Made by a program: the position numbers and the translations under genes. This document shows positions 15,157 through 25,156 of a stretch of 64,000 bases of DNA, piece by piece. Location of the stretch: contig CAWBMP010000002.1 of assembly GCA_963790025.1 (NCBI GenBank), positions 708,445 through 772,444 on the forward strand. The letters are read 5' to 3'. Each line of letters starts with the position of its first letter. The first letter of the stretch is position 1. Under the pieces are notes generated by a model. It saw only the letters and a program-made list of their open reading frames with translations, ran no database searches and had not been told where the DNA came from. Origin of the DNA: Nitrospirota bacterium. Its GTDB lineage: Bacteria; Nitrospirota; Thermodesulfovibrionia; Thermodesulfovibrionales; Dissulfurispiraceae.

Positions 15157-15656
15157 ACTGCCGCTCCTTTCATACGCTTCTTTGTCCACGCGATCAACCC
15201 GCCCGAGCTTATCAGTTCCTGCATAAAGGGAGGGATCGGGTTGGCAATATATTGTTCGCCGGTGGTGGTATTATTGATGACACCCTTATCAGCATCGACC
15301 TCTATTACATCTCCCTCTTTAATCCGTTCCGATGCCTCTTCAGACTCAAATATGGGAAGCCCTATATTGAAAGAGTTGCGGTAGAATATACGCGCAAAGC
15401 TTTTTGCAATGACTGCCTGGATACCGGCGGCCTTTATTGCAATTGGGGCATGTTCCCGGGAAGAGCCGCACCCGAAATTCTTGCCTGCAACGATGAGATC
15501 GCCGGCTTGCATTTTGGAAGGAAATTCCTTATCGGCATCCTCCATGACATGGCGGGCAAGCTCTGCATGATCGGATGTATTAAGATATCTCGCCGGGATA
15601 ATAGCATCAGTATCTATATCGTCCCCAAACCTCCAGACTTTTCCTTTAAGTAACAT
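15153..15656 (-). CDS. leuD: 3-isopropylmalate dehydratase small subunit
   Basis: DDIDTDAIIPARYL, NFGCGSSREHA, SFARIFYRN. Confidence 0.95.
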   Translation of the reverse strand: MLLKGKVWRFGDDIDTDAIIPARYLNTSDHAELARHVMEDADKEFPSKMQAGDLIVAGKNFGCGSSREHAPIAIKAAGIQAVIAKSFARIFYRNSFNIGLPIFESEEASERIKEGDVIEVDADKGVINNTTTGEQYIANPIPPFMQELISSGGLIAWTKKRMKGAAV

Positions 15657-15737
15657 GGCAAACCTCCCCAAAAAATTGCTTTACTGAAAGTTATTGTAAT
15701 AAACTTATTATTATACAGTGAGCGTCAATAATTTTCT

Positions 15738-16706
15738 ATGAAAAAAGTTATCATCATGCTCGGCCCCACCGGCGTCGGGAAAACAGCTGTATCACTCCTC
15801 CTTGCCAAAGCCTTGCATTCGGAAATTATCAGCGCAGATTCGATGCAGATATACCGGCACATGGATATAGGGACCGCCAAACCTTCAGTCCTTGAACTGC
15901 GCCAAGTAAAGCACCATATGATTGATGTGGTCGAACCGTGGGAGTCGTTCAGTACAGGAGCGTATATCACTCATGTCAGGGCTGTTATCGATACACTGAT
16001 AGACAAAGAGAAAATCCCGATCATTGTAGGCGGCACTGGATTATATATAAAGGCAATGACGCGGGGCATATTCAGCGGTCCTTCTGCGGACTGGGAACTG
16101 AGGAATAAATTGAGAGAAAAGGAAAAGGAGGACCCGGGATTCCTTTACGATTATTTGAAATCACTCGATGCCGTGTCTGCCTCGAAGATTATGCCCGCTG
16201 ACGCGAGAAGGATAATCAGGGCGCTGGAGGTCTGTCTGAAGGGAGACCGGAGCATGTCGGCAATGTGTGAGACATTAACCAAACCCCTGCCACATAAGTT
16301 CATAAAGATAGGCATCACAAGGGACCGAAAGGAACTTTATCCCCTGATAGAAACAAGGGTCGACACTATGGTCAAACAGGGTCTTGTGGATGAAGTTAAG
16401 CAAGTTATCAAGTTCATAAAGGACGCGGAGATATCCGCCGATTCCCCGATTCCCGTTTCGTCTCTTTCTTCCATGCAGGCCATAGGGTACAAGGAAATAG
16501 CAATGCATTTAAATGGCGTGATCAGCCTGGATGAAGCCATTGGTCTCATCAAGCAAAGGTCGCGGAACTACGCAAAGCGGCAGTTCACCTGGTTTAAAAA
16601 AGAAGAAGGGATTCAATGGGTGGACGTGACGGGGATATATGATCCAAATACAATATTCCAGAAAGTTATGCAATTTATTCCTGTCCGCAAGGAGATATCT
16701 TTATGA
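15738..16706 (+). CDS. miaA: tRNA dimethylallyltransferase
   Basis: GPTGVGKT, SADSMQIY..MDIGTAKP, VGGTGLY, AIGYKE, YAKRQFTWF. Confidence 0.97.
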   Translation: MKKVIIMLGPTGVGKTAVSLLLAKALHSEIISADSMQIYRHMDIGTAKPSVLELRQVKHHMIDVVEPWESFSTGAYITHVRAVIDTLIDKEKIPIIVGGTGLYIKAMTRGIFSGPSADWELRNKLREKEKEDPGFLYDYLKSLDAVSASKIMPADARRIIRALEVCLKGDRSMSAMCETLTKPLPHKFIKIGITRDRKELYPLIETRVDTMVKQGLVDEVKQVIKFIKDAEISADSPIPVSSLSSMQAIGYKEIAMHLNGVISLDEAIGLIKQRSRNYAKRQFTWFKKEEGIQWVDVTGIYDPNTIFQKVMQFIPVRKEISL

Positions 16707-17731
16707 AAGCAATGATCCTGAAGAAAATCTGTTCCCTTGATGCATCTTCTGAGCCCCTTGAGTTGACCGACACGCCTGTCCCTGCCCCCGGAGCGGGAGA
16801 AATACTTATAGAAGTTTCAGTATGCGGGGTTTGCCATACCGAACTCGATGAAATTGAAGGAAGGACGCCTCCGTCGATATTTCCGGTTGTTTTAGGCCAC
16901 CAGGTTGTAGGAAAGGTGGAAAAGGCCGGTGACAATACAAGGCGTTTTAAAAAAGGCGACCGTGTCGGGGTTGGATGGATCAACTCTGCATGCGGGAAAT
17001 GCGGGGCCTGCAGGGAAGACAATGAGAATCTCTGCAATGATTTCAAGGCAACAGGAAGGGATGCCAACGGCGGTTACGCTGAATACATGGTTATAGCTGA
17101 AGATTTTGCCTATAATATTCCCGATGTTTTTTCCGATTCGGAGGCTGCACCGCTCCTGTGCGCAGGCGCAATAGGTTATCGTTCGCTGCGGCTGACCGGG
17201 ATGGCAAATGGCGACAATATCGGTCTTGTAGGTTTCGGAGCTTCAGGACATTTGGTCCTTAAAATGGTGAACCATAAATTCCCGCGGTCAAAAATCTACG
17301 TTTTTTCACGGACAGAAAATGAAAGAGAATTTGCACGGGAACTCGGCGCATCCTGGGCCGGAGATTTTGAGGATGCTCCGCCCGGCAAGCTCCGCTTTGC
17401 CATTGATACCACTCCGGCGTGGAAGCCTGTAGTGGCGGCCCTGGGGAACCTCGAAAAAGGCGGCAGGCTCGTAATAAACGCTATCAGGAAAGAAGATAAG
17501 GACAAGGAGGCACTGATGGCCCTCGACTATAGCCGGCACCTTTGGATGGAAAAAGAGATAAAGAGCGTTGCCAACATAACCCGAAAAGATATTGAGGACT
17601 TTCTGGAACTCGCTGCGGATATCCCTATAAGACCTGAGGTCCAGGAATACAGGCTTGAGGAAGCGAATACAGCCCTCCGTGAATTGAAAGAGCGCAAGAT
17701 CAGGGGCGCAAAAGTTTTGCGAATCGGTTAG
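16703..17731 (+). CDS. Zinc-dependent alcohol dehydrogenase family protein
   Basis: GVCHT, GHQVVG, CGKCGAC....NLC, APLLCAG, GFGASG. Confidence 0.93.
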   Translation: MKAMILKKICSLDASSEPLELTDTPVPAPGAGEILIEVSVCGVCHTELDEIEGRTPPSIFPVVLGHQVVGKVEKAGDNTRRFKKGDRVGVGWINSACGKCGACREDNENLCNDFKATGRDANGGYAEYMVIAEDFAYNIPDVFSDSEAAPLLCAGAIGYRSLRLTGMANGDNIGLVGFGASGHLVLKMVNHKFPRSKIYVFSRTENEREFARELGASWAGDFEDAPPGKLRFAIDTTPAWKPVVAALGNLEKGGRLVINAIRKEDKDKEALMALDYSRHLWMEKEIKSVANITRKDIEDFLELAADIPIRPEVQEYRLEEANTALRELKERKIRGAKVLRIG

Positions 17732-17822
17732 TTTAGTTATACGTGTTTGTTTAACGAAATGATATAATTAGCTGAGATCGGACGAAGAAAAAACTGAGAC
17801 TGGAAATAGCGGAAGGGAGGTT

Positions 17823-18062
17823 ATGATGGAGCGGATAACAGTCAATCCTGCGATCCTGGGGGGAAAGCCTATTGTAAAAGGCACAAGAATATATGTGGAA
17901 TTTGTTCTTGAACTGTTTGCATCAGGCATCACAGAGGATGAAATCCTTCAGGATTACCCGCATCTGACAAAAGAGGATATCCATGCCTGCCTTGAGTACA
18001 CCGCATATGCACTGAAGAACGAGATAATTGTTGAACTGGAAACAGCTTCTTCCTGTACCTGA
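17823..18062 (+). CDS. DUF433 family antitoxin-like protein (no adjacent toxin seen)
   Basis: ITVNPAILGGKPIVKGTRI.VE...ILQDYPHLTKEDI.ACL; GGGAGG SD. Confidence 0.9.
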   Translation: MMERITVNPAILGGKPIVKGTRIYVEFVLELFASGITEDEILQDYPHLTKEDIHACLEYTAYALKNEIIVELETASSCT

Positions 18063-18418
18063 CACCAATTGCGATTTCCTTAACCTGTCTCTTTCCGTTT
18101 GTACTGAACACTATAGGAAGATGAGAGCGAACGTTTAGTTCTCCCTAAAAGAAACAGAATCGGCACATCATCTGAATTATAAGCTTTCAACTCGTAATTC
18201 GTAAAAACTAATGACCACGAAGAGTGCTCATTATGGCAATTAACAATCTCGTTTGGGATGCGATCTGGAAGAGTGCTATCTGTCCAATACCTCCCTGATC
18301 TTTGTCATCAATAATATAAACTCTTTGGGGTGTCCATCAATTCGGGGAAAGGGCAGTGCCATCATGAGGAAAAAAACGGCAGGCCGAGGGATATGGAAGA
18401 GACCTGCCCCTTGCAAGT

Positions 18419-18544
18419 TCATCTTCGCATCATTTGGAGGGAATTACCTTCAGCCTTTTCTTTTTTTGCTTGTCTTTTTTCTTTCAGGATGTGCTGAGGT
18501 TTTTTCTTTGCATTTGGTTTTTGCTTGTTGTTTTCTTTGCTCAT
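18419..18544 (-). CDS. Small lysine-rich protein (41 aa)
   Basis: AAGGAGG SD then MSKENNKQKPNAKKKPQHILKEKRQAKKEKAEGNSLQMMRR; below the ORF-track cutoff. Confidence 0.55.
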   Translation of the reverse strand: MSKENNKQKPNAKKKPQHILKEKRQAKKEKAEGNSLQMMRR

Positions 18545-18637
18545 GATGTCCTCCTTGATAAGGCTTAATATTATTCTACTGCATCCATTAGAATAGGCAA
18601 TAGGACGTAATACGACTACCGCGTTGTTTGCCTCTGT

Positions 18638-21262
18638 TTATTTATGTGGTTCATCTTTCCGAATCTCCCGCTCCGCCTGCTCCCAGTCCTGAACTGCCCG
18701 ACCTTCTCGGTGGCCTCGCCGCTCGTATAGTTCATAGGCCCGTGTGGCGATCTTTGGTGTAAGATCGAGCGGCTTCTTGGCCAACAATGGGGCTTCAGTA
18801 GGGTCAAAAATCCGATACGCGAGCAGTTTCACTCGGTCATTAATGAGGAACCACACAAGCGCATAGCCCCAAACAAACAGTGCCCAACCCCAGCCGAGGG
18901 GTGTCATAAACAACCCATAAACCGCTATTAACGTCGCCACGATTTGTGTGCCGATCACGGCCCCCAATAAAATCCTCGCCGGACGATGAGACCAGAACGG
19001 TCCGCGCGTGCGTGTTAGGAAGATCGTCAGATGTCCCGCCACCGACAGCTTCAAATACATCAGCGTCTGGATGTGCGGACGGTCAAGATGAAAGACGTGC
19101 TCACCGAGATAGAACAAGCCGAAGGCGGAAACGACACCTATGACGCCAAGCACCGTGGAGACCCCCAGCACCATATGCATGTTCCATGCTTCGGGCTTGT
19201 CCTTGTACTTAACGTTGTCATACGCAATGGACAGGATCGCCCCGTCGTTGAGCAACGCCAGCATCACGATCATCACTGCGGTCAATGGATAAAAGTTAAA
19301 CACCAGGATCGCCGACGTCATGAACAACAGCACGCGCAGCGTTTCGGCGATGCGGTAGATGGCATAGCTGTTCATCCGCTGAAAGATTTTCCGGCTCTCC
19401 TTGATCGCGTCTATAATCACCGACAGGCCGGGTGTCATCAGCACGATAGACGCTGCCGCGCGCGCCGCGTCCGTCGCGCCAGAAACGGCGATGCCGCAGT
19501 CGGCCTTCTTCAACGGGGGGGCGTCATTTACCCCGTCGCCCGTCATGCCTACGATGTGGCCGCGCTGCTGCAGTACGTCTACTATGTGGAACTTGTGTTC
19601 GGGAAACACTTGGGCGAAACCGTCCGCTTTCTCGATGGACTCCGCCAACTGCGCCGTCTCGTGATGCTTCGTGTCGCCGAAGCCACCAGCATCGAGGATA
19701 TTTGTGCCCAGTCCCAATTTCCCTGCGGTTTCCCGGGCAATAGCCACTTGATCGCCCGTAATCATCTTGACGTTTACACCCATTTGGCGGGCAGTAGCGA
19801 TGGTCGTCTTGGCATCTTCCCGGGGTGGATCGAACAGGGGCAACACACCAAGAAACTGCCATTGACCTTCTCCCTCGGACCGCGCCACGCCCAACGAACG
19901 AAAGCCGCGCGCCGCGAATTCGTTGATGGCTTTCTCGATGGCAGGCTTGACCTGCCCTGCATTGGCCGATAACTCCAGGATAACCTGCGGCGCGCCCTTG
20001 GTCACCTTGAACTCCTTTCCGTCCGTGTCCTTGACAGTGGCTTCAGTGCGCTTATGCACCGGGTCGAATGGCTGGAAATGGACCACTTGATAGCCTTTCA
20101 GGGCCTGATCATTTTTCAGACCACCCAGCACGGCCAGGTCTATAGGGTCCTTATTGTCCGAGCGCGATGCGAGCGCTGCGTTTAGGATGACTTGATCGGA
20201 AGTTATGCCATCCACGCTGAACGGATCGCTCAGCGTCAGCTTGTTCTGGGTCAGGGTGCCGGTCTTGTCCGCACACAGCACATCCACGCCCGCCAATTCC
20301 TCTATGGCCGCCAACCGGGTCACAATCGCCTTTTTTTTGGCGAGTAGACGCGCGCCGACCGCCATGGTCACAGATAGCACTGTGGGCATCGCCACAGGAA
20401 TAGCGGCCACCGTCAACACCAATGCAAACTGGAGAGTGGTAAGGATCGGATCACCGCGGAAGAGTGCGACGGTAATAATCACCGCCACCAGGGTCACTGC
20501 GAGGAGGATCAGATAATTGCCGATCTTCAACACCGCGCGTTGGAAATGGCTGGCTGTCTGCGCCCCCTGCACCAGTTCCGCCGTCTTGCCGAAGTAGGTG
20601 TTCTGGCCCGTGGCGTAAACGAGCGCGTCGATTTCGCCCGTGCGGATAATCGAACCTGAAAACACCGCTTCGCCGGATTTGCGCGTGACGGGCAACGACT
20701 CTCCCGTGAGCGTAGACTGGTCCACTTCTACAGGGTCACCCTCCAGCAAGCGCGCATCTGCAGGCACTATGTCGCCCAGACGCAGATGGATGACGTCGCC
20801 CGGCACAAGCTCGCGCGCCTCCGGGTTGGTCCACTTTCCATCGCGTTTCACCTGGGCCTTGATCGCCAGCGTAGCTTTCAGCGCGGCTATGGCGTTGCCC
20901 GCTTGGTGTTCCTCCCAGAATCCGACCACGGCGTTGGCAACAAGTAGCAGAAGTATGATGCCAAAGTCCGGCCAATGTTGGGCTACTGCTGAAAGGATCA
21001 CAGCAGCTTCGATCATCCACGGGATTGGACCCCAAAAATATGTGAGGAATTTCAGGAACGCATTCGTTTTCTTTTCTTCAATCTCGTTAGGCCCATATTG
21101 GGTCAGCCGTTTCTGCGCCTCGGCTTGACTGAGGCCGTCCTGCGAAGTCCCTAATTTTGCCTGTAGTTCCGGCATGGGAAGGGATTTCAGATCGTCCTTC
21201 GCATTCGGCTTCGACCCCGGTTTTGATCCGGGCGCCTTGGGCTGGTCGGCATTGGGTTTCAT
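18638..21262 (-). CDS. Plasma-membrane proton-efflux P-type ATPase (P3A) with a C-terminal DUF2934-like tail
   Basis: WGPIPWMIEAA, LTGES, IPVAMPTV, DKTGTLT, PFDPVHKRT, KGAP, TGDGVND, ALLNDG. Confidence 0.93.
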   Translation of the reverse strand: MKPNADQPKAPGSKPGSKPNAKDDLKSLPMPELQAKLGTSQDGLSQAEAQKRLTQYGPNEIEEKKTNAFLKFLTYFWGPIPWMIEAAVILSAVAQHWPDFGIILLLLVANAVVGFWEEHQAGNAIAALKATLAIKAQVKRDGKWTNPEARELVPGDVIHLRLGDIVPADARLLEGDPVEVDQSTLTGESLPVTRKSGEAVFSGSIIRTGEIDALVYATGQNTYFGKTAELVQGAQTASHFQRAVLKIGNYLILLAVTLVAVIITVALFRGDPILTTLQFALVLTVAAIPVAMPTVLSVTMAVGARLLAKKKAIVTRLAAIEELAGVDVLCADKTGTLTQNKLTLSDPFSVDGITSDQVILNAALASRSDNKDPIDLAVLGGLKNDQALKGYQVVHFQPFDPVHKRTEATVKDTDGKEFKVTKGAPQVILELSANAGQVKPAIEKAINEFAARGFRSLGVARSEGEGQWQFLGVLPLFDPPREDAKTTIATARQMGVNVKMITGDQVAIARETAGKLGLGTNILDAGGFGDTKHHETAQLAESIEKADGFAQVFPEHKFHIVDVLQQRGHIVGMTGDGVNDAPPLKKADCGIAVSGATDAARAAASIVLMTPGLSVIIDAIKESRKIFQRMNSYAIYRIAETLRVLLFMTSAILVFNFYPLTAVMIVMLALLNDGAILSIAYDNVKYKDKPEAWNMHMVLGVSTVLGVIGVVSAFGLFYLGEHVFHLDRPHIQTLMYLKLSVAGHLTIFLTRTRGPFWSHRPARILLGAVIGTQIVATLIAVYGLFMTPLGWGWALFVWGYALVWFLINDRVKLLAYRIFDPTEAPLLAKKPLDLTPKIATRAYELYERRGHREGRAVQDWEQAEREIRKDEPHK

Positions 21263-21403
21263 AATAGGCATTCTCCTTTCTTTGCTATGCCGCAGGTTTC
21301 GTGAGTTTCGGGACACTTGTTGTCATGCGCATGCCCTTTCCATCGCGGCATTTATTGGGTCCTTTTTATTCATTCTTTTTTTGTCTTTCTTTTACAAATT
21401 CAA

Positions 21404-23950
21404 TCACCGCTGCCACAGGATTCGTGCGTCTTCCAGTGGTATGGCAACTCTGTCGCAGTGCGGTATTACCCGAGCCGTATAGTCCGATGTTGGGCGGGCC
21501 GAAGGCACCGACGCACTGTAAACGTAGCCGCCCGACGTGTTGGCAAGTTGGCCAGCGCGCTTCATCTCCTGACGCACCGGACCGCCGCCGTTTATTCCTT
21601 CAGCATAAAGTTCTACACGCACTGCCTTCGGGTCGAGGTCGTTGAGATATATCTGAACCTCGAATACATGCTGTTTCCCGTTGGTGTCGATCTTTACATC
21701 GCCGAAGTGGAGTGCGGCCCATTTTTGCTCCAGACTGTGTTGCCACTCGACCATTTGCCTGCCCATTGCGCCTTCATCGGCAATGCGCAAATGGTACGAG
21801 GTAGCAGCTGGGATGTAGTATTGCTCAGTGTATTCGCGCACGGAGCGGTTGGTGGAGAAGCGAGGTGTCAACCGTGCCATGCTTTCACGCATCCGCGCTA
21901 CCCAGGCAGTGGGGATGCCCTTTTTGTCGCGAGTATAGAACTCGGGAATCACCTGATGTTCGAGCAGGTCGTAGAGCGACTCGGCTTCGATGGCGTCCCA
22001 GGTCGGATCATCACCATGTTCCTGGCCGTCCCCCAGCGCCCACCCCACCTCGGGAGTGTAGGCTTCCGCCCACCAGCCGTCCAATTCCGAAAGATTAATG
22101 CCGCCATTGACGAGCACTTTCATGCCGCTCGTTCCGCAGGCTTCCCAGGGCCGTCTCGGCGTGTTGATCCAGACATCTACTCCCCTCACCAGGTGCTCGG
22201 TCAGAAGCATGTCGTAGTCACTGAGGAAGATAACATGGGGACGAGAATCGAGCCGGTGGATGAAATGGGTCCATTCCTGAATCAGGGCCTGCCCCGCCTG
22301 GTCCTCCGGATGGGCCTTGCCGGCAATGATGAGTTGCACAGGCAGCTGAGGATTGGTCAACAGGCGAAGCAGTCGTTCCGGATCGTACAGCAGCAGGTTC
22401 GGTCTCTTGTAGGCCGCGAAGCGCCGCGCAAAGCCCAGCGTCAACGCATTGGGATCAAGCAAGTGCTTCGCACTGTTAACCGTCTCGGGCGATGCGCCGG
22501 AGGCGGCCAGTTGCAAGGACAATCGTTCGCGAGCGTATTCAACGAGAGACTTGCCGGCCGCAATGCGAAATGTCCAGAGCCTGGCATCAGAGATGCGGCG
22601 AATGTCATTCTCCAGGGTTTCAGTTGGCCCCAGCCAGCGGTCTTTCCCACAGGCTTCCGTCCAAAGATCGTCAGATTCTGCCGAGTCCCAGCTCCGCATG
22701 TGGACTCCGTTGGTCACGTGTCCGACCGGCACTTCGTCTTGCGGCCAGTGCGGAAAGAGAGGCTCAAAAAGTTGCCGGCTCACCTTTCCATGCAGGCGGC
22801 TCACGCCATTCACCGCCCCGCTTCCACGAATTGCAAGATATGCCATGTTGAAACTCTCTGAGGCGTCGTTAGGGTTCTGCCGTCCCAGGGCCAGCAAATC
22901 GTGGAATGCTATGCCGAGCTTCTGTTCGGCATAACCACCGAGGTATTGCTCGATGAGGGCAGGAGCAAAGCGGTCAAATCCGGCAGCCACCGCTGTGTGG
23001 GTGGTGAAGAGATTGCCCGCTCGCGTGACGGCCAGTGCGACTTCGAAGGGCTGCTCTGTTTCTTTCATAAAACTCCGGGCCCTCTCCAAAATGGCGAAGG
23101 CCGCATGCCCTTCATTCAGATGACAGACTTCCGGCTGAATGCCGAGCGTGCCGAGCAGTCGCCAACCGCCGATCCCAAGCAGCATTTCTTGTTTCAGCCG
23201 CAACTCTGGCCCGCCCCCGTACAGCTCGCTGGTAATCCCTCGATGAGCAGGGAGGTTCGCAGGGTCATTGCTGTCGAGCAGGTAAAGGTGCACTCGGCCC
23301 ACCTGGACCTGCCAGGCGCGCAGCCAGACCGGGTAACCAGGCAAGTCGAGCTTCAGCCGTAACCACTCCCCGTTAGCCTGGCGCAAAGGCGTTATGGGCA
23401 ATTGGCCGGGATCGTTGTAGGGGTAAAGGGCTTGTTGCGCTCCGTCTTTGTCGAGCACCTGCCTAAAATAGCCTTGCTGGTAGAGCAACCCCACGCCGAT
23501 GACCGGAACGCCCAGGTCGCTAGCCGCTTTGAGCTGATCGCCGGCAACATTGCCAAGCCCGCCTGAGTAGATCGGCAAAGCTTCACTCAACATGAATTCC
23601 ATGCTGAAATACGCGACACAGGTAAGTGGAGACTTCGAATGCGCTTGCTGAAACCACGCAGGGGATTTCGTCGCCTGTCGCCTGGCTTGCACGAGGTCAT
23701 CGACGCTTTTACGAAAGGATGGATCGCCTAACACACGCTGGAGCTGGTCCCGGGAGACCGTCTGTAGGACGGCCCAAGGGTTATATGTGAAATCCCAAAG
23801 CGCGGGATCAAGCTGTCGCCATATTTCGTCAGTAGCGTGGTTCCACGACCAGCGCATATCCAGCGCAAGCTCCGCCAGGGAATCAAATCCATTGATTTTC
23901 GTGGGTAAAAGACTGTAGATAGGCTTGTTGACAGGTGTTTGTTTGATCAC
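21404..23950 (-). CDS. glgP: Alpha-glucan (glycogen) phosphorylase
   Basis: YFSMEF, YSGGLG, HLNEGHAAF, ARRFAAYKR, GKAHP, EACGTSGMK. Confidence 0.95.
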   Translation of the reverse strand: MIKQTPVNKPIYSLLPTKINGFDSLAELALDMRWSWNHATDEIWRQLDPALWDFTYNPWAVLQTVSRDQLQRVLGDPSFRKSVDDLVQARRQATKSPAWFQQAHSKSPLTCVAYFSMEFMLSEALPIYSGGLGNVAGDQLKAASDLGVPVIGVGLLYQQGYFRQVLDKDGAQQALYPYNDPGQLPITPLRQANGEWLRLKLDLPGYPVWLRAWQVQVGRVHLYLLDSNDPANLPAHRGITSELYGGGPELRLKQEMLLGIGGWRLLGTLGIQPEVCHLNEGHAAFAILERARSFMKETEQPFEVALAVTRAGNLFTTHTAVAAGFDRFAPALIEQYLGGYAEQKLGIAFHDLLALGRQNPNDASESFNMAYLAIRGSGAVNGVSRLHGKVSRQLFEPLFPHWPQDEVPVGHVTNGVHMRSWDSAESDDLWTEACGKDRWLGPTETLENDIRRISDARLWTFRIAAGKSLVEYARERLSLQLAASGASPETVNSAKHLLDPNALTLGFARRFAAYKRPNLLLYDPERLLRLLTNPQLPVQLIIAGKAHPEDQAGQALIQEWTHFIHRLDSRPHVIFLSDYDMLLTEHLVRGVDVWINTPRRPWEACGTSGMKVLVNGGINLSELDGWWAEAYTPEVGWALGDGQEHGDDPTWDAIEAESLYDLLEHQVIPEFYTRDKKGIPTAWVARMRESMARLTPRFSTNRSVREYTEQYYIPAATSYHLRIADEGAMGRQMVEWQHSLEQKWAALHFGDVKIDTNGKQHVFEVQIYLNDLDPKAVRVELYAEGINGGGPVRQEMKRAGQLANTSGGYVYSASVPSARPTSDYTARVIPHCDRVAIPLEDARILWQR

Positions 23951-23959
23951 GGTTTCTCC

Positions 23960-24034
23960 TTAGCAGTTTGGCTGGTTTCGCTGCCCCTCGTTCACTGGTA
24001 CCGGTTCTTTTTCCACCATAAGAACATCTTTCAT
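23960..24034 (-). pseudogene. Probable collapsed universal stress protein remnant (24 aa)
   Basis: MKD-VLMVEKEPVPV resembles the start (MED) joined to the end (ILMVKKEPEP) of the USP at 25795-26253. Confidence 0.4.
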
Positions 24035-24072
24035 GATTGATCCCGTTATTTTTTAGCTATCCTTAAGCTTTG

Positions 24073-25044
24073 CTATTTTGCCAACACTCGCACCAGTTCC
24101 AACAGACGCAAATCCAGCGGCTTGTTGTTGGCTGAGACTTCGGCCAACGGGGTGGTTGCGATCCCACCTTTGAGATGCCCGACAAGCGCTCCATGCTCGC
24201 CCTTGGCCAGCAGTTCCGTTGCCGCCGCACCTAGGAGGGTTCCCAGCAGACGGTCAAATGAACCCGGTGCACCCCCACGCTGCACGTATCCCAGTTTGGT
24301 CACCCGCAGCTCGAAGCCCAACCGTTCTCCGTGCTCCTGAAAGTAGTGCGCCATTCCTTCTGCATTGTATCGGGCGCCTTCTGCAACGACCATGATGGCT
24401 GCAGCCTTGCCCTTGTCGTAAGCGGCGCGCAGTTCTGTGGCAGCAGCCTCTGGGTCTGCCTCTTCCTCGGGAATTATTACCACCTCGGCCCCACCGGCAA
24501 TGGCAGCCATTAGGGCCAGATAGCCGCATTTGCGACCCATCACGTCGACGAGGAACGCTCGATGGTGGGAGGAGGCAGTGACCTTAAGCCTGTCAATGGC
24601 CTCCAATGAAACGTTGAGAGCAGTATCTACCCCGATGGCGATATCGGAGCCATAGAGGTCGTTATCGATGGTTGAGGCCACGCCAACCACTGGAAAATCT
24701 AACAGTGACAGTGCGTGAGCGCCTGCCTGGGAGCCGTTGCCACCGATAACAACCAATGCTTCGATCTCATGCCGGCGTAGCTCGGACAGGGCTTTCATTC
24801 GCCCATCAACGGTCTCGAATTCGAGACAGCGGGCACTGCCGAGCACGGTACCGCCTTGCTGTATGATGCCACCTACTTCCCGTGATCCCAGGGAAAAAAT
24901 ATCTCCGGAGATTAGGCCAGAGTATCCGTGTCTGACTCCTGACACATCCCAGCCTTTAGCGAGTCCGGTTCTCACGACAGCGCGGATGGCAGCGTTCATG
25001 CCAGGAGCGTCACCTCCGCTGGTTAATACAGCAATACGTTTCAT
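24073..25044 (-). CDS. pfkA: ATP-dependent 6-phosphofructokinase
   Basis: LTSGGDAPGMNAA, GGTVLGSAR, TIDND, MGR..G, LGYVQRGG. Confidence 0.93.
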   Translation of the reverse strand: MKRIAVLTSGGDAPGMNAAIRAVVRTGLAKGWDVSGVRHGYSGLISGDIFSLGSREVGGIIQQGGTVLGSARCLEFETVDGRMKALSELRRHEIEALVVIGGNGSQAGAHALSLLDFPVVGVASTIDNDLYGSDIAIGVDTALNVSLEAIDRLKVTASSHHRAFLVDVMGRKCGYLALMAAIAGGAEVVIIPEEEADPEAAATELRAAYDKGKAAAIMVVAEGARYNAEGMAHYFQEHGERLGFELRVTKLGYVQRGGAPGSFDRLLGTLLGAAATELLAKGEHGALVGHLKGGIATTPLAEVSANNKPLDLRLLELVRVLAK

Positions 25045-25156
25045 GTGTTCCTACCGATGGAGACCGCCGCCCCGACGTTCGAAGTATTGGTTTTGTTCTT
25101 CATGTTTGCTTCAGGAGTTTTTGCTGCACTATCTGCTTCGAGCAGGCTCCCTTTCA

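Noticed and set aside
15153..15737. leuD present without adjacent leuC
   Set aside because: Split leu genes are common; leuC is probably elsewhere in the genome.
21317..22861. 514-aa and 313-aa (19031..19972) plus-strand ORFs
   Set aside because: Antisense shadows of GC-rich glgP and the ATPase, with no recognisable motifs.
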